DNA of 63,100 bases, filler included, from Sphacelaria rigidula (Eukaryota), in assembly GCA_964200075.2 (NCBI GenBank). It is 7 parts of 7 records of this genome, joined end to end, with 100 filler letters (N's around TTAATTAATTAA, not from the genome) between each part and the next. Parts side by side here need not be neighbours in the genome. Positions count along the whole stretch, not along the records: positions 9,031 to 17,959 come from CAXNAA020009728.1; positions 18,060 to 26,988 come from CAXNAA020009729.1; 5 more parts are not named here. One strand, written 5' to 3'. This document shows, piece after piece, positions 12,124 through 24,666 of this stretch (positions within the stretch are counted from its first letter, which is position 1; each line of letters begins with the position of its first letter). A program made the position numbers and the translations under genes. The notes below the pieces were generated by a model. The model was not told the DNA's origin. It saw only the letters and a program-made list of their open reading frames with translations, and did no database searches.

Positions 12124-14167
12124 GTGGCGGATCTCGTGTCTTCATGATGGATGACCATAGGGAAATTTCCCTCTTGGAGGAGAGTATGAGATCATGTAGG
12201 GGGTCTTGTAAACGCCTCGCCGACCGGTGGTATAGCTGTTGTTTCATTGGTCTGTGTTGGTCGAGACTCGCCGAGGCTCGTCGTGAGATCGACGGTTTAT
12301 GGGTCGGGGTTCATCGTGATAAGACCCAAAACATGAAACGGTCTCCCCCTTTGTCAACATGCGCCCGGACGCCTGGCTGGTCACCTGTTGGCCGGGTTTG
12401 CGGGGGGGGGGGGTGGAGGGAGGTCGGAATCCTCTTTTTCGCGGAATAAAAAACGCCAACTACGAAAAGCCGTTGCCACGCATCTGTTGGGACCAAAGTG
12501 TAATCGATGTTCTAGAGTAAAATGAGGCGGCACGAGAGGAGAGAAAGCAGAGATTCTTAGTGCTGTGGTGTTTGACACCTCCTCGCAGATCAGCGCCATG
12601 GTGTTGCGAGAGACGTTGACTTTCCCGATACATTGCTTATCATATGCCCATCGCAATGAGAACCTACGGCCGGACGGATAGGGTGACTCGTGTACAGGGC
12701 CCAGCTGGGGGACATTGTAGGAGCTTTGATCGGTGAGGAAGACCCTACCTAGTTGGGGAAGAGGGATACTTTCAAGTCCGAGACTATCTGGGTGGGGGGG
12801 CACTTCAACCTTGGTGCCCACCCGTACACCCGACCGGACTACCTAGCCTTCGGGCTGGGGACGTACGGCGGGTGGAGTGCACTCGAATGCACTGCACGAA
12901 ACTAGAAATAGCCAAGTGCATGGTGAAAAGTTCCTTCCTGTCTCCTGGGGACGGGAGGGGGAAAAAATGCCCATCGCAACGAACGTGACCTCAATTATCG
13001 ACGTTTTGTGGCAAAGGGTCTGACGGGTTCATTTAAATTTCATCAGCTAAACACCTTAGTTGAAACCTGGCGACGTGTCGGAAAACTCGACTTGACCACA
13101 CAACTCACGTGACTCTAGTAAGAACTGTGCCTAGGCAGCTACATGCTTGCTTCCGCTGCGCTGATATCAAGCGGGGGAAGTCTTAGGAGCTATGTTTTAT
13201 TGGAACTCGAAAAAACAGATGTATGCGATCGTCAGACCACGACAGATTCACTGCGAATGATCTGACGGGACTTTATCCTTGCCATGAAATAAATAACATG
13301 ACAGGAATTGGACATTCTAAATACCAAAAGCCTGCATGATCTTGCTTTTCTACAGCCCATACCCAACGCAGACTGCACAGTGTTGTTCTGGCTTTCGAAC
13401 CCGAAAAGCTGGTCCACACACAGCGTGTCAACTCCGAGAGCAATGCCACGGTAGGGGTGCACTTTTTTTTATTCTGGCGCTCTTCGCTGTAGGAGCCTTC
13501 CGATGACAAATATCTGGGCCTTAGTGTGTAGCCTCAGAAAACGTTGAGACTGGCAAGAGCACCCCTAACTCGGCATTACTCCCGAGCAAGTATGCAGACG
13601 ACGTGACACTTACCTGAAGGGCAACATACAGCAACACTGCACGTTATGAGTGTAGTATGAGGCCCAGGGAGCTTGGGTCGCCAGCAAGAGCGAAGCCGCC
13701 GCGCTTGCTAGGTTGCTTGTAGTGATCGTTTCCACGGCATGCTCTCCGCCCATAGATGATAGACCGTACACATCGCTGGGAACATCTTTACCAATTTAGA
13801 GCCAACCAAGATACCTCAATATACGCTGTGTAGCCAAGACACATGGCTACCGATGCTATTCAATGCCGCTGTGACTCACCCATGCCGTGCATGACAACCA
13901 AAGGAGAATTCGAAAGCACGACAAGCAAATATCGCAACATCTACTGAGGTGATGAACACGACCTTGGCCTCAAACGATGGCTTTGAGTATGTGCTACTCG
14001 CATGTGCAGAGGCGTTGTGTGATGTGCAGCGTGAGTTATCCGCGATCGACGATCGGACGGCAAGGACGGAGGATTACTTTAGCACCTGCACAGATGTCGA
14101 CATATGGTGTTGGTGCTTGATCGAGTTCGTCGACTCCGCAGTGTCTCGTTTCGCCACCGTACAAAAA
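12124..14167 (+). CDS. Three candidate exons (~12124-12295, 13356-13450, ~13904-14167) resembling a divergent dynein heavy chain N2/linker region
   Basis: WSRLAEARREID, HTQRRLHSVVLAFEPEKL and LLACAEALCDVQRELSAIDD...YFSTCTDVDI occur in the order and spacing of remembered DHC_N2 motifs; by-eye match only. Confidence 0.35.
13438..13581 (+). mobile_element. Sola2-like MITE, family D (short copy)
   Basis: GAGCAATGCCACGGTAGGGGTGC ... GCACCCCTAACTCGGCATTACTC; perfect 4-bp TSD CCGA. Confidence 0.8.
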
Positions 14168-14725
14168 GTGACCATATCCCCGATGAAACACTACATTACT
14201 CAACATAAATTCTACGGTGGTGGGTGTATTTTTCTAGCGGTGTACCCCCGCCAGAGGAGTGATGTTTCTCAGGCGTACCGTTGCGGAACTCATTGCATAC
14301 CTGAGCAAAAGTCTCTGCGCAGAGAAAATCTACTTGAAAATACGCATACATCAAATTTTGAAGCAAGAGACTTTTTTCCTTTTCTATTTTTTTCTTGGCA
14401 AAGCTGCGCTTAAAGCATTGTCCTCGGGAAGTAAAACTGACCTCGATCTCTGAGATAAAAAAGCACGATTTTCTTGTCGGCGGCGTCCCCTCAACAGCCG
14501 AGGCGGGGGGGCGGGGGGGCGGCGTACTCATTTGATGCTCGCCTCAGCCGTTTGGCCATTGACCACGCATCCCTTTCGAGACGGAGGGGGGGGGGGGGGG
14601 GGGGGGGGTGGTTTTCCTTTGGGGTGGCTCCCTTGCCCACACCACACACAAAATTAAACGGTGGGACACCCGCCCGAACCTACANNNNNNNNNNGGGGTG
14701 GCGCCGAGGGCGTGGGGGGGGGGGG

Positions 14726-14758
<33 letters not shown>

Positions 14759-15047
14759 CATTCTCGTTTGGGCTGCATCCTTGCACCACACGACCAATAC
14801 ATTACTATAATAATATGTTGGCTACGCCAACGTATTCCATGAACGCACATGATGACATTCGGTTACCGTCTGAGCTGCAGAAACACAATTGTCAGTAGAC
14901 CTATGAGTATTATCTACAGCATCCGATTTTCTGAGAAGCCTGCTCACCTGGGTGAAGCTTATTGCTAACTTAAGCTGTTTCGTGTTGTACAGATCACCAT
15001 GCTGTGTGTGAATATTGCTATAATAGTTTTCATTAAGTCAACATATT

Positions 15048-15335
15048 GCCACACCCTGGTGGTGTAATGGTCCGACTATAACCAGTAGGATTGAGAGAGC
15101 GCGGGTTCGATTTCCCATGGGGTGGGTATATTCTTCGGAGTATCTGATTTACACCATTGAAAGCGTGAGTTTCTTGGACGAGAGTTGACGCGGTGCGGGC
15201 GTGCTGACCCAATCTGCGAAATCCCAATGCAAGACGTGTACCGGGGAGAGATGGGTTGATCCCTTGAGACCACGAGCTCGTCTCCACGAAGGGGACGCGT
15301 TCAAGTGCGGCAAACAAAAAAACTTGATAATAGTA
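15048..15335 (+). mobile_element. tRNA-derived SINE followed by (AAT)n tail
   Basis: A box TGGTGTAATGG, B box GGTTCGATTTCC; 3' part GATCCCTTGAGACCACG...AAGTGCG also at 36120-36250 (minus). Confidence 0.72.
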
Positions 15336-15346
15336 ATAATATTAAT

Positions 15347-15408
<62 letters not shown>

Positions 15409-15480
15409 TAATAATAATAATAATAATATTGGCGATAAAGCAGTAATAATGATAATAATAGTAATAGTGATGATAAGGAT
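15330..15480. repeat. (AAT)n microsatellite
   Basis: Direct observation. Confidence 0.95.
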
Positions 15481-15484
15481 AATA

Positions 15485-16155
15485 CAAGGTTCGGGCCTCC
15501 TGGGGGTGACGCGAGTAGAAAATATATGTTCAAGAGAATCTACTGTTGTATCTCAATGAACAGTAGTGATCGTGGCTGTATAAAACATCGCATGTGCTAT
15601 CGGATGTCGTTCGGAAATATGGGAATTCGGACGGAGGCCGACGGCGGAACCGCCGGCGTAGGACATGTGTGGTATACCCGAGGTGCCAGAGTGCAAAGTA
15701 GCTCTCGTGCCACTAAGACATGACAGCGGGAGGCACTTCCCGGAAAATTGGAATGTATGGAACATTCCTATGGCATGTTATTTGTACATCATTGTGGCTT
15801 CCACATCACCGGACCTTTTTTGTTAAAACAGGTGATTGTTTTTGCGGCACAACATTCCTGTGCTGCCGTGCTGCTGTGCCTTGTTCAACTCGCCAACGGC
15901 CCATTACACGGTCTTGTGTTTGCCGCTGACTAAGGCCAAGGCAATGTCCAATTGTGTTCAATTGCTTTGCTCTCATATTCTCGTGGCATTGGCGGCATAG
16001 CCGGTGTGTTCGTGCTCCCAAATGAACGAGAACGCGACACAGAGAAACACGGGGGAAAAATACCGCGGCAATGGTAATCCTGTTTCAAGTTCTGCAAGAC
16101 CTTTAACAGGCTTTTCTGGTTCGGGTTCCTGTTTCAAGTTTTCCATGATCTTGAA
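15485..16155 (+). repeat. Unclassified interspersed repeat of about 600 bp
   Basis: Collinear reverse-complement copy at ~43490-44070 on another contig. Confidence 0.8.
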
Positions 16156-16389
16156 GAGGCTTTTGTGGTTCGGGATCAACACCCCGCGAAAAAGGGCCAG
16201 TTTAAGCGACCTTCGGTGGCCAGAGCACGCGCCACAGGTATCAGATGACGCCCAAACCTGAATGGTGATTTTCCGCTGAGCCTTCTCAGTGCGCCGCAAA
16301 AGAAACCATGAGAAGAAATATCTTGCCGGAAGGAAAATTAGACAAAAAGGATGAAAACTGCGAAATGATACATGTACACATAATGGTAA

Positions 16390-16970
16390 TATAATGAATG
16401 AATGAATGAATGAATGAATGAATAGGTGGAAAAATAAATACATAAATACATAAATACATAAATACATAAATACATAAATAAATAAATACATAGATATATA
16501 AATACATGAATAAATATATATACATATTAACTACTTAATTAATTAACGAATAAAGGAATGAAGAAAGGAATGAAGAAATGAAGCAATAAACAAAGTAATG
16601 AATAAATAAACGAATAAATGAATGAATAAATAACTGAATAACTGAATACATGAATGAATGGATAAATGAATAAATGAATGAATAAATAAATAAACGAATA
16701 AACGAATGGACGAATAAACGAATAAATGAATAAATGAATAAATGAATAAATGAATACATGAATACATAAATACATAAATGGATAAACGGATGAATAAATA
16801 AATGGATGAATGGATGAATGGATAAACGAATAAACGAATAAACAAATAATTGAATGAATGGATAAATGAATGAATGAATAATTGAATAATTGAATAAACG
16901 GATATACAGATAAATGAATAAATGAATGAATAAATGAATGAACGGATAAATGGATAAATGAATAAATCAA
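16390..16970. repeat. Compound (GAAT/AAAT/ACAT)n microsatellite
   Basis: Direct observation. Confidence 0.95.
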
Positions 16971-17457
16971 TTACTATAATTATTTTTCACATATCAGACA
17001 TATTGCCTGCGCCCATCTGTCTCTACTTCATGTGGACCGATGGAACCGACCGATACACGACCCTCCTAGTGCGCAGGTGTCTGCACACGAAGACCACCGC
17101 AGGAAGGTGTTTGATATTGAGAACTGATCACCAGCTCCCCAGGATTCAACACTGAGCCCAAGTAATTGATCGAAGTTGGGTTGTGTCACATGTTGAAAGC
17201 AAAAGTTCTCGGAACTGGTTTTTGGGATGTTCAGATAGCGAACACATGGAACGCTGCTGCACCTTCTGACTGGTCAGATTGGGCTCGATGATTGTTCGTG
17301 CAGGAACTACGATCAGCAGGGCTTTGCTGTCTCAAAACAAGACAAATATCATGCACCATACAGTACAGTACCCGTGGTCGTACGAACAGTGGTGCATGCT
17401 TGTATTCAGGCCGCTTCTTGTAGTCTGACAACGAACTCTCTGAGACCTGCCCTTTTT

Positions 17458-17843
17458 GAGCCTTTCATGGCCAACATTTGATGAAATACGGGACTTGGCA
17501 GATTGGGCCTCTTCGGGAAGAACTGCTATGCTTTCCAAGAGATTCTATTTTGCGCACGTTTCCGATTTTTCGTGCACCCGGTTTTACTCTTGGCCATATC
17601 CCCGTTTTTTTCAGTCGCCCAAAATATTTTCGCGCTGTCGTAAAAATCACACACTTTCCCCCGACAACTTGAAGAGTTTTGGGGCGACCGGAGAAACTCG
17701 GAATTCGGTCAAAAGCAAAAGTGGACGCACGAAAAATCGAAAGGATGCGCTAGAACCCTCTTGGGAAGTACGAGCTGGACCAGTAGTACATCCCGCATTT
17801 GCATGTCCCACCATAACTCGTCCAGTTTTTACCAAATGAGCTC
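17458..17843. mobile_element. Old degenerate foldback element
   Basis: Imperfect inverted arms (CGATTTTTCGTGC / GCACGAAAAATCG; GTCGCCCAAAA / TTTTGGGGCGAC); GAG..CTC ends. Confidence 0.55.
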
Positions 17844-17959
17844 GACTTGAGCATATCGTGAACTGCAGACCAACCTGGTAATGCACGGCACCGCCGCCGG
17901 TCGATTGGCGAAGTTTTGGCGATGATGTTATTGTACTGCATTGAGTACCGGGAACGTCT

Positions 17960-18059
17960 NNNNNNNNNNNNNNNNNNNNNNNNNNNNNNNNNNNNNNNNN
18001 NNNTTAATTAATTAANNNNNNNNNNNNNNNNNNNNNNNNNNNNNNNNNNNNNNNNNNNN
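17960..18059. other. Artificial contig linker
   Basis: N44-TTAATTAATTAA-N44. Confidence 0.98.
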
Positions 18060-18856
18060 TGGGTACATTATCGCAATATTTCACCACAGGCTTATCCAAT
18101 GAGATTTTCCAAACGGGCTTATCTTGTGGGACAGAGAGAGTATATACCACCGTTTCAATTTTCATCGTGAAAAATGGTGTTGTCTTGGGCCTTTTCTCAT
18201 GTCACATTGATATCTTGCAACAGAAAATCTGTGACAGGAAACTTCGTTTATTTTTAGAACTTTAGCAGTACAACTCAGTACAGTATCATAGATAGTGCAG
18301 ATATAAGACACAGTCGCGGACAGCGGGTGGGTGTGACTTATCCTACCCGGACAGTGGGTGTATGTAGGTCATAGGTTCTCACTCGGTGAAAGGGTACGGA
18401 GTGTACTGAGCCGAGACGTGGACTTGGACTGGACGGACTTGGCAACGCATGGTTTGGGTTTAAACACAGAGTGCCTGGGTAGGGGGCTCCCACGGGAGAG
18501 CCTCCGAGACGGGAGAATGACGATCCCAGACTGGGGATTGAAGAATGACAGTCCCAGGGTGACAGGCCCGGGAAGCCGGTCCGGGTTGACCACCCCGGGG
18601 TTATTAGTAACCGGGTCGGGTCATATGGAGGTCCAAACAGCACAGAGTATTACACTGAACACATTACAGAAATCCAACAGTATTTTTAGAACTTTTTAGA
18701 ACCGACGGTAGACTACATGAATAGAAGTGTACTGCATACACAATACAGAAGTCCCACAGTGTGTTCAGGCCTTTTGAGAACCAGGTCCCGACGGCGGGCG
18801 GGTATGTTTTCTGTACAGTGTAGGAGCGGAGAGACTGTTGCTCCGGTACGCAGTAA

Positions 18857-19301
18857 ACACGGGGTCTTACAAATTGGGGATGGATCATTTATTGGGGATG
18901 AGAAACTCGGAGAATTAAAATCTTCACACCCACGCAAAATCTTCGAAATATGGTTCCATTTCTTCACCTACTGATAGCTATTGACGACTGCTACACGTCA
19001 TAGGAATTTGGATTTCGATCACCGAAACGTTGGGGTCCTAGGTGAAAAAACAATTCCGGGGAATTCCGTGTGCTTGAACGGACGCCAAGATGGTTCCGAA
19101 ATTGTTTTTTCACCTAGGACCCCAACATTTCGGTGATCGAAATCCAAATTCCTATGGCGTGTAGCAGTTGTCAATAGCTACCAGTAGGTGAAGAAATGGA
19201 ACCATGTTTCGAAGATTTTGTGTGGATACGAAGATTTTAGTTTTCCGGGTTTCTTATCCCCTATAAAAAATCCATCCCCAATAATTTGTAAGATCCGGTG
19301 C
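18857..19301. mobile_element. Foldback MITE, same family as 35155-35670
   Basis: ACACGGGGTCTTACAAATTGGGG ... TTTGTAAGATCCGGTG, near-complete palindrome. Confidence 0.88.
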
Positions 19302-20681
19302 TATTCTTTTTCCCCACAACCACGGCCGGCCCTCTTCCTACATCGAATGCGTTGTCGTCAAACAAACAGCATTCTGTCGCACGAGAAGTAGCTTGCGAGG
19401 AACCAAACAGTCAAGACTTTTCCCCGTCGAGTACACACCCCAGCACCACAGCGCTGACACATACACTTTACAGTATGACTACTGCTGTCTGTGGTGTTGG
19501 AGAGATGGTGGCCATGGAGATGAACTTCATCAGCCGTATTCTTCAGCAGCCCCGAAGGTCCCCACGGCGGGCGGGTATGTTCGTGATCTTAGGTATAAAA
19601 TTGTACAGACGCGAGAGCTTCAGTAGATTTTATACTTAATGAATGTCAAGTATTTCTTTCCGTGCTTCTACTTGTATGCCGATTATGCTCCTTTTCCATC
19701 ACAACAAAAGGAAAAAAAAGTTGGCATAAGCGCGATGCAAAGCAGAGCAATCTATAAAACCTAACATTGACGAGTGAACAGAAATGCGGTAGCCACCGTG
19801 ATAGTAGTACGATGCGAAAACCAAAGCATTACGCTAGCGACCTTCAAACTCCGGGTTTTCCAACGGGAGGTTTATGGGTGGGGGGCGGGGGGAAAAAGAG
19901 CGAAAAATCATCCATCCCAGAGCACTCTAGGAGATGTGCGCATAAACGATTCCACCATGCTTCACCCTTCTGGGAACAGATGTGAAGCTCCCATGCACCT
20001 TTGCACGCCGGATGCCCGACACGACCAGGTATACCGCTGCAAAGAGACTTGAGTGACCAGCAAGACCCTCTAGTCGTGTTCCACCCACTAATAATGCCGT
20101 TGTAGGATTGTTTGGTGCGCGCTGTCGTTCGTAACAAGCGAGAAAAAGTGAATGAGTGGGGGGCGATCTTGGCACCCCTGAGCCAATTTTCGCCCGCGTT
20201 TCCCTCTTCGGCGAGAACCAACACTACAAACACATGCAGTTAACCTTCTGCGCGGCCGGGTAAGCGGGCGAGTACGGACGGGAAACTGGTTCGTCGAGTG
20301 AAAAACCGCCCAGACGTTCGCTGTTGGGTTTTGTACCAGTTTAGCACAACATACGTTTCCGGTGTGGTAAGGCATATACCATTGTTATCGATGCTGCATC
20401 TGCGGCTTCCTCCAGAGTGTTTGCTGAAAACACATTTTCGTCCATTTGCAGCGCACCCCGCGCACCCTCAACTCCTGCGATCCCAAACTATGAAGAGAAG
20501 CGTAAGACCCTACACGCAAATAAAAGGCAATATTTCCCTCGCAAACGGTGGATGAAGTGCGTGTCTTGCCCTGAAGGCTAGTTCGCACGATAAAAATCAC
20601 ACTACCACACCAAATCTCCGCAAAAACGACCCAAAACACTGGTACACATGCTCGTAGAATGCTGACGAAGTGAACGACGAT

Positions 20682-20842
20682 TCAGCTGACGACGACACTT
20701 TGGAAGACGGGCACGAGATACTTGATGTTGATGAAGGCGTCCTCTCCGCCGTTCACCTCAAACGCCTCCAGGGTTTCCATAATGAGCTCCCCGAGGTTTT
20801 CCCGCCTCTGCTGGCCGTAGTCGATGCCGTCTCCCAAGTTGT
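20682..20842 (-). CDS. PACRG: Parkin co-regulated gene protein (axonemal inner-junction protein), last exon
   Basis: CAG acceptor 20845-20843; encodes (D)[52 protein letters not shown], the characteristic PACRG C-terminus. Confidence 0.95.
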
Positions 20843-22107
20843 CTGAATTATACAGAAAACATTCGAACAAAGAATTTTTGGTTTAAACCGTCTTTTTTTT
20901 TTTCATTTTTTTCGGTCACCATGATTCATCACGGCGAAAACGTGATACCAGAAATTCGGATGGACAGAGTTATCAGCTCCCGCAATAAATACTGAAAGGA
21001 AAGTCTTATCTTCAATCGATTTTGAACGACTTAAGAGCTAACCGTTCGTTGAGGGTACTACAAGCGTAGATATGCCCGGGTTCAGACCATTCCATGTTTT
21101 CGATGGATCAAACCAACCCCATCGTTCTCGTGAACGCTTGTCCAGACTCAGCTTTCGCAGTTTCTGGCTTTTTTTTGCGCTAGAGCTTGGCCAGAAGAAA
21201 ATAATATATATATATATATTTTTTTTTTGGATCAAACTACGGGTAGTAACAATCCCCACAAGATGTAATTTTTGCCCCGTATTGCACAGGCAGCAAAAAG
21301 TTGAGATTTCTTTCCCACGTGCGATCTATTCTTCTAATGTCTACCGGTTCCACAACTTCCGAGTTGCCGGTTCCACAACTTCCCAGTGCGTGGGAATGAA
21401 AAACGGCCTGTAAAAAATCCCCGACGGCGTGGATTTGAGGTGTAAACGTCGCCCACAGTTGTAGTAGTAGCCGTCAGTTTCTTTCGAGAACTTGTTTGCA
21501 TCCGTTCATGTGTCAACTTGATCGGAATAGATGGACACTTCGAAGGAGACTACATATCTCTCCACTGTTTTCCCGGGAAATGGGGTGCGACCATCCGCCG
21601 GCAGTGACCCGTACCTTGCTTTCCGGCTGGGGAATGCAATGACAACACAACCACCATCGGAATTAAACAGCGATGTTGCATGGAAGGGGGGCATTTCGTC
21701 GAGCCGTTGGAGAGATGCTTGAATCTGCATCGATGAGTGCACCACATTTACTGTGTTAATTCGCCGATATAAAATGGTTCTGCTCCAAAAGGAGTACAAC
21801 ACTAGTATCGATGTCGGGGGCTCAAGGTCCACGAGTCGTTCGCCAAATCCTACGACGGCACAGGCAGAACAAACGTATGGCATTGGACGGCCCTCATCGC
21901 CAGAGATAGTGTTGAACTCGGCCTCTTTATCCACACGGATAAGGGTACAAAAAAGCGGCGGTCAATCCAGTCGCTGCCCAAACTCGCAATGAGTAGATTG
22001 GCGCACCAAGCAAAGTCCTTTGCTCGATGCTGCAAGAAAAAAAAAAACGCATATCGAAGACCTCACACACCGATTCTTCGTCTCGCCTATGATAGGGACG
22101 CGCTCAC

Positions 22108-22275
22108 CGTTTTGTCTAATGAAGATGTTGAGCACTGGCAAGATCTGGCGGTAGTACGGCACAAGAGCCTGGCCGATAAGCCCCTGCCCCTCGGGCCCCT
22201 GATCACAAGTCACCAGCGCTTGGAGGACCTTGAGAACCTTGACGATGACACCCTTCTGTCGTGTGTTCAGTGCCG
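22108..22275 (-). CDS. PACRG: PACRG internal exon
   Basis: CAG acceptor, GTGAG donor; (T)[21 protein letters not shown]...[23 protein letters not shown]; phases match both neighbours. Confidence 0.95.
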
Positions 22276-22893
22276 CTGCGTACGCACGGAAGCACGGTGA
22301 CGCAAATTATGTCGCACGGGGAAATATCAAGGGTTGTATGACCAAACAACAACACAGATCGACTACTGTAGACCTTGTGTATGTCCGTGAGAGGAGGTTC
22401 TGCCATATTTCCTCGTTCATGTGGAGACGGAGAACACGGGATGTTTTCCGCAAGAACGTAGCTCTCGAACGCAAAAGCCGTTGAGCGGGTGGACGCGTGA
22501 AAATCTCTGACTTTTCCCATGATCACTTCCCCAGGGGCAGCTGTAAGCATATCGTTGCTTGTGTACAGGTTGGTCGTGTAAGCTGGATATGTATTTTGTG
22601 TCGAATCTGCGATGTCGAAGAGGATCTACCAAGTACGAAGTAGTGCCGCGCTTGACGTGTGGCGTTTTGATTGAGTACACGTGTGAAGGTTTTACACCCC
22701 TATCGGCATGTTGGAGGACTTATGTGTGCATCTGATATATATGTGATGGAACCGCGCTCCTTGTCGCCCCACCATATCACTCTCTGCTTGGCTATCCCAG
22801 CGACCTACGCTGATATACTACACCATGTGATCAACTCTCTACGGGTGCACGAACCATCCAACACAGGTATCCGACGGAAATACTACATGTGTA

Positions 22894-23376
22894 AAACAGC
22901 CGATAATCGAAATCGAGGATGGAGCTTTCCATTGACGATGAGAACCAGGAGGATAAAAATATTCGTATCCACACCAAATCTTCGAAATAGGGTTCCATTC
23001 CTTCACCTACTGGTAGCTATTGACAACTGCTATATGACCTACAAATTTGGATCTCGATAACCGAAATGTTCGGGTCCTAGGTGAAAAACCAGTTCCGGGG
23101 AATTTAGGTGATCCGGTCGCCCATCGCCTAAATTCCCGGGATTGGTTTTTCACCTAGGATCACCTAAATTCCCCGGAACTGGTTTTCACCTAGGACCCGA
23201 ACATTTCGGTTACCGAAATCCAAATTTGTAGGTCATGTAGCAGTTGTCAATAGCTACCAGTGGGCGAAGGAATGGAACCATATTTCGAAGATTTGGTGTG
23301 GATACGAATATTTTTATCCTCCTGGTTCTCATCGTCAATGAAAAGCTCCATCCTCGATTTCGATTATCGGGTGTTG
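22894..23376. mobile_element. Foldback MITE in a PACRG intron (TA flanks)
   Basis: Long inverted arms; core shared with 18857 and 35155 but different tips (CCGATAATCGAAATCG). Confidence 0.85.
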
Positions 23377-23662
23377 TAGGTCATACTCTCTGTGAACCGC
23401 ATGGACAATACTTGCGGGCTGACCGGCAACTGTGACGCGTTCAGACAATGACTAACTGAAATATGTTATGACCTATTTCCAGCGGGTGAGAGACCAAGAA
23501 GTGTTGCCGGCGATGTGTGAATCGGGATTCAAGCGTTCGGACCTGAAATATCTTAGGAAGTGGACGAATGGACCATGTGGCCATCTCGTAGGCTGCAGTT
23601 CTCTCTTTCTCTCGTTTTTCTGTCTCTGTCTCTGTCTCTGTCTGTAGTTTTGACAAATGGTG

Positions 23663-23870
23663 CAAGGGCAGGTCGAGTAGAGTATACTCAATTGCGGGGT
23701 ACTTCGAAAGACGTACTTGAAGTACTCAGATTGGGGGTAGGGTGTTAGGAGTCGTACCTCAAAAATAACCGGAAAGCAACCCCTAACACCCTACTCCAAT
23801 ATGTGTACTTGAAGTACGACTTTCAAAATACCCCGCAATTGAGTAGTATACCCTTCTCGACCTGCCCTTG
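23663..23870. mobile_element. hAT-like MITE in a PACRG intron
   Basis: TIR CAAGGGCAGGTCGAG / CTCGACCTGCCCTTG; 8-bp TSD AAATGGTG / AAATGATG (7 of 8 match). Confidence 0.85.
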
Positions 23871-24509
23871 AAATGATGCATATCTGACTGCACCACTACT
23901 AGAATAAAGATGTGCACTCATCCCGCGAATTGCCCGCGGAAAACTATGGTAGAACAGATTTTCAGGTTGTCGATTTGCTCCTCTCTTCAAAATCTCAGGT
24001 TCCCGACAACTCTCAAACTTCCAGGGGTGAACCCGAGGAACGAGTGGGTATGTATGTTTCTACGGACTCCGAAATCCCACACATAGTTGTAGATGCTCCC
24101 CCTATAGTGCTCGTTTGACCATGTCACTTGAGCGGTAACTTGACATGTGTCGACACAGGAATCGCAGTGCTCCCTTTGATGTCAGTACCGGGCACACCGG
24201 AGTTCAGGGCAATCGAGCCAGGACTCAAGCATGCTGTCTTTTTCTACTGCATTAAATCTTTCCCTAACTGCGACGAGCAAGTGATACATGGTGTGTGCTC
24301 GAGCAGTGTGGGATAATGCAAAATGTTCGAACGATCCATCAGGGCGCGCGGCGCAATTCGGGGTGGTTGTACGACTGCAGGGAAGTTACGTTTTGTGTCA
24401 TACTTTGCTACTTTTGGCGCTGCCTGTTAAGGACACGCTTCTTTAGCTCCCCTGCTGGGGCCGTCCTATATGGTTGCTATCCCTCAAAGCAGAAGCACTG
24501 ACTACTCAC

Positions 24510-24666
24510 TCTTGATCGGGATGATGAGTTGCGGGATGACCGGCAGCACCTTGTTGGAACCTGCGCTGAGCATATCGTACACGCCCTGCTCGGCTAGGAA
24601 GGCGTACGGCATCTCCAGCTCACGCAGACCGTCGAAGAAGATGGGGAGGTAGTGGTGGAAATCCAA
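24510..24666 (-). CDS. PACRG: PACRG internal exon
   Basis: CAG acceptor, GTGAG donor; [52 protein letters not shown]. Confidence 0.95.

Noticed and set aside
15149-16970. Poly-I/N/Y and FIHS-repeat ORFs
   Set aside because: Translations of microsatellites.
18332-18654. Solo LTR (TG...CA, GC-rich)
   Set aside because: No TSD, no second copy, and no PBS or PPT identified.
18785-19582. Repeated CGGCGGGCGGGTATGTT motif at ~18790 and ~19565
   Set aside because: Only two short copies with no definable element boundaries.
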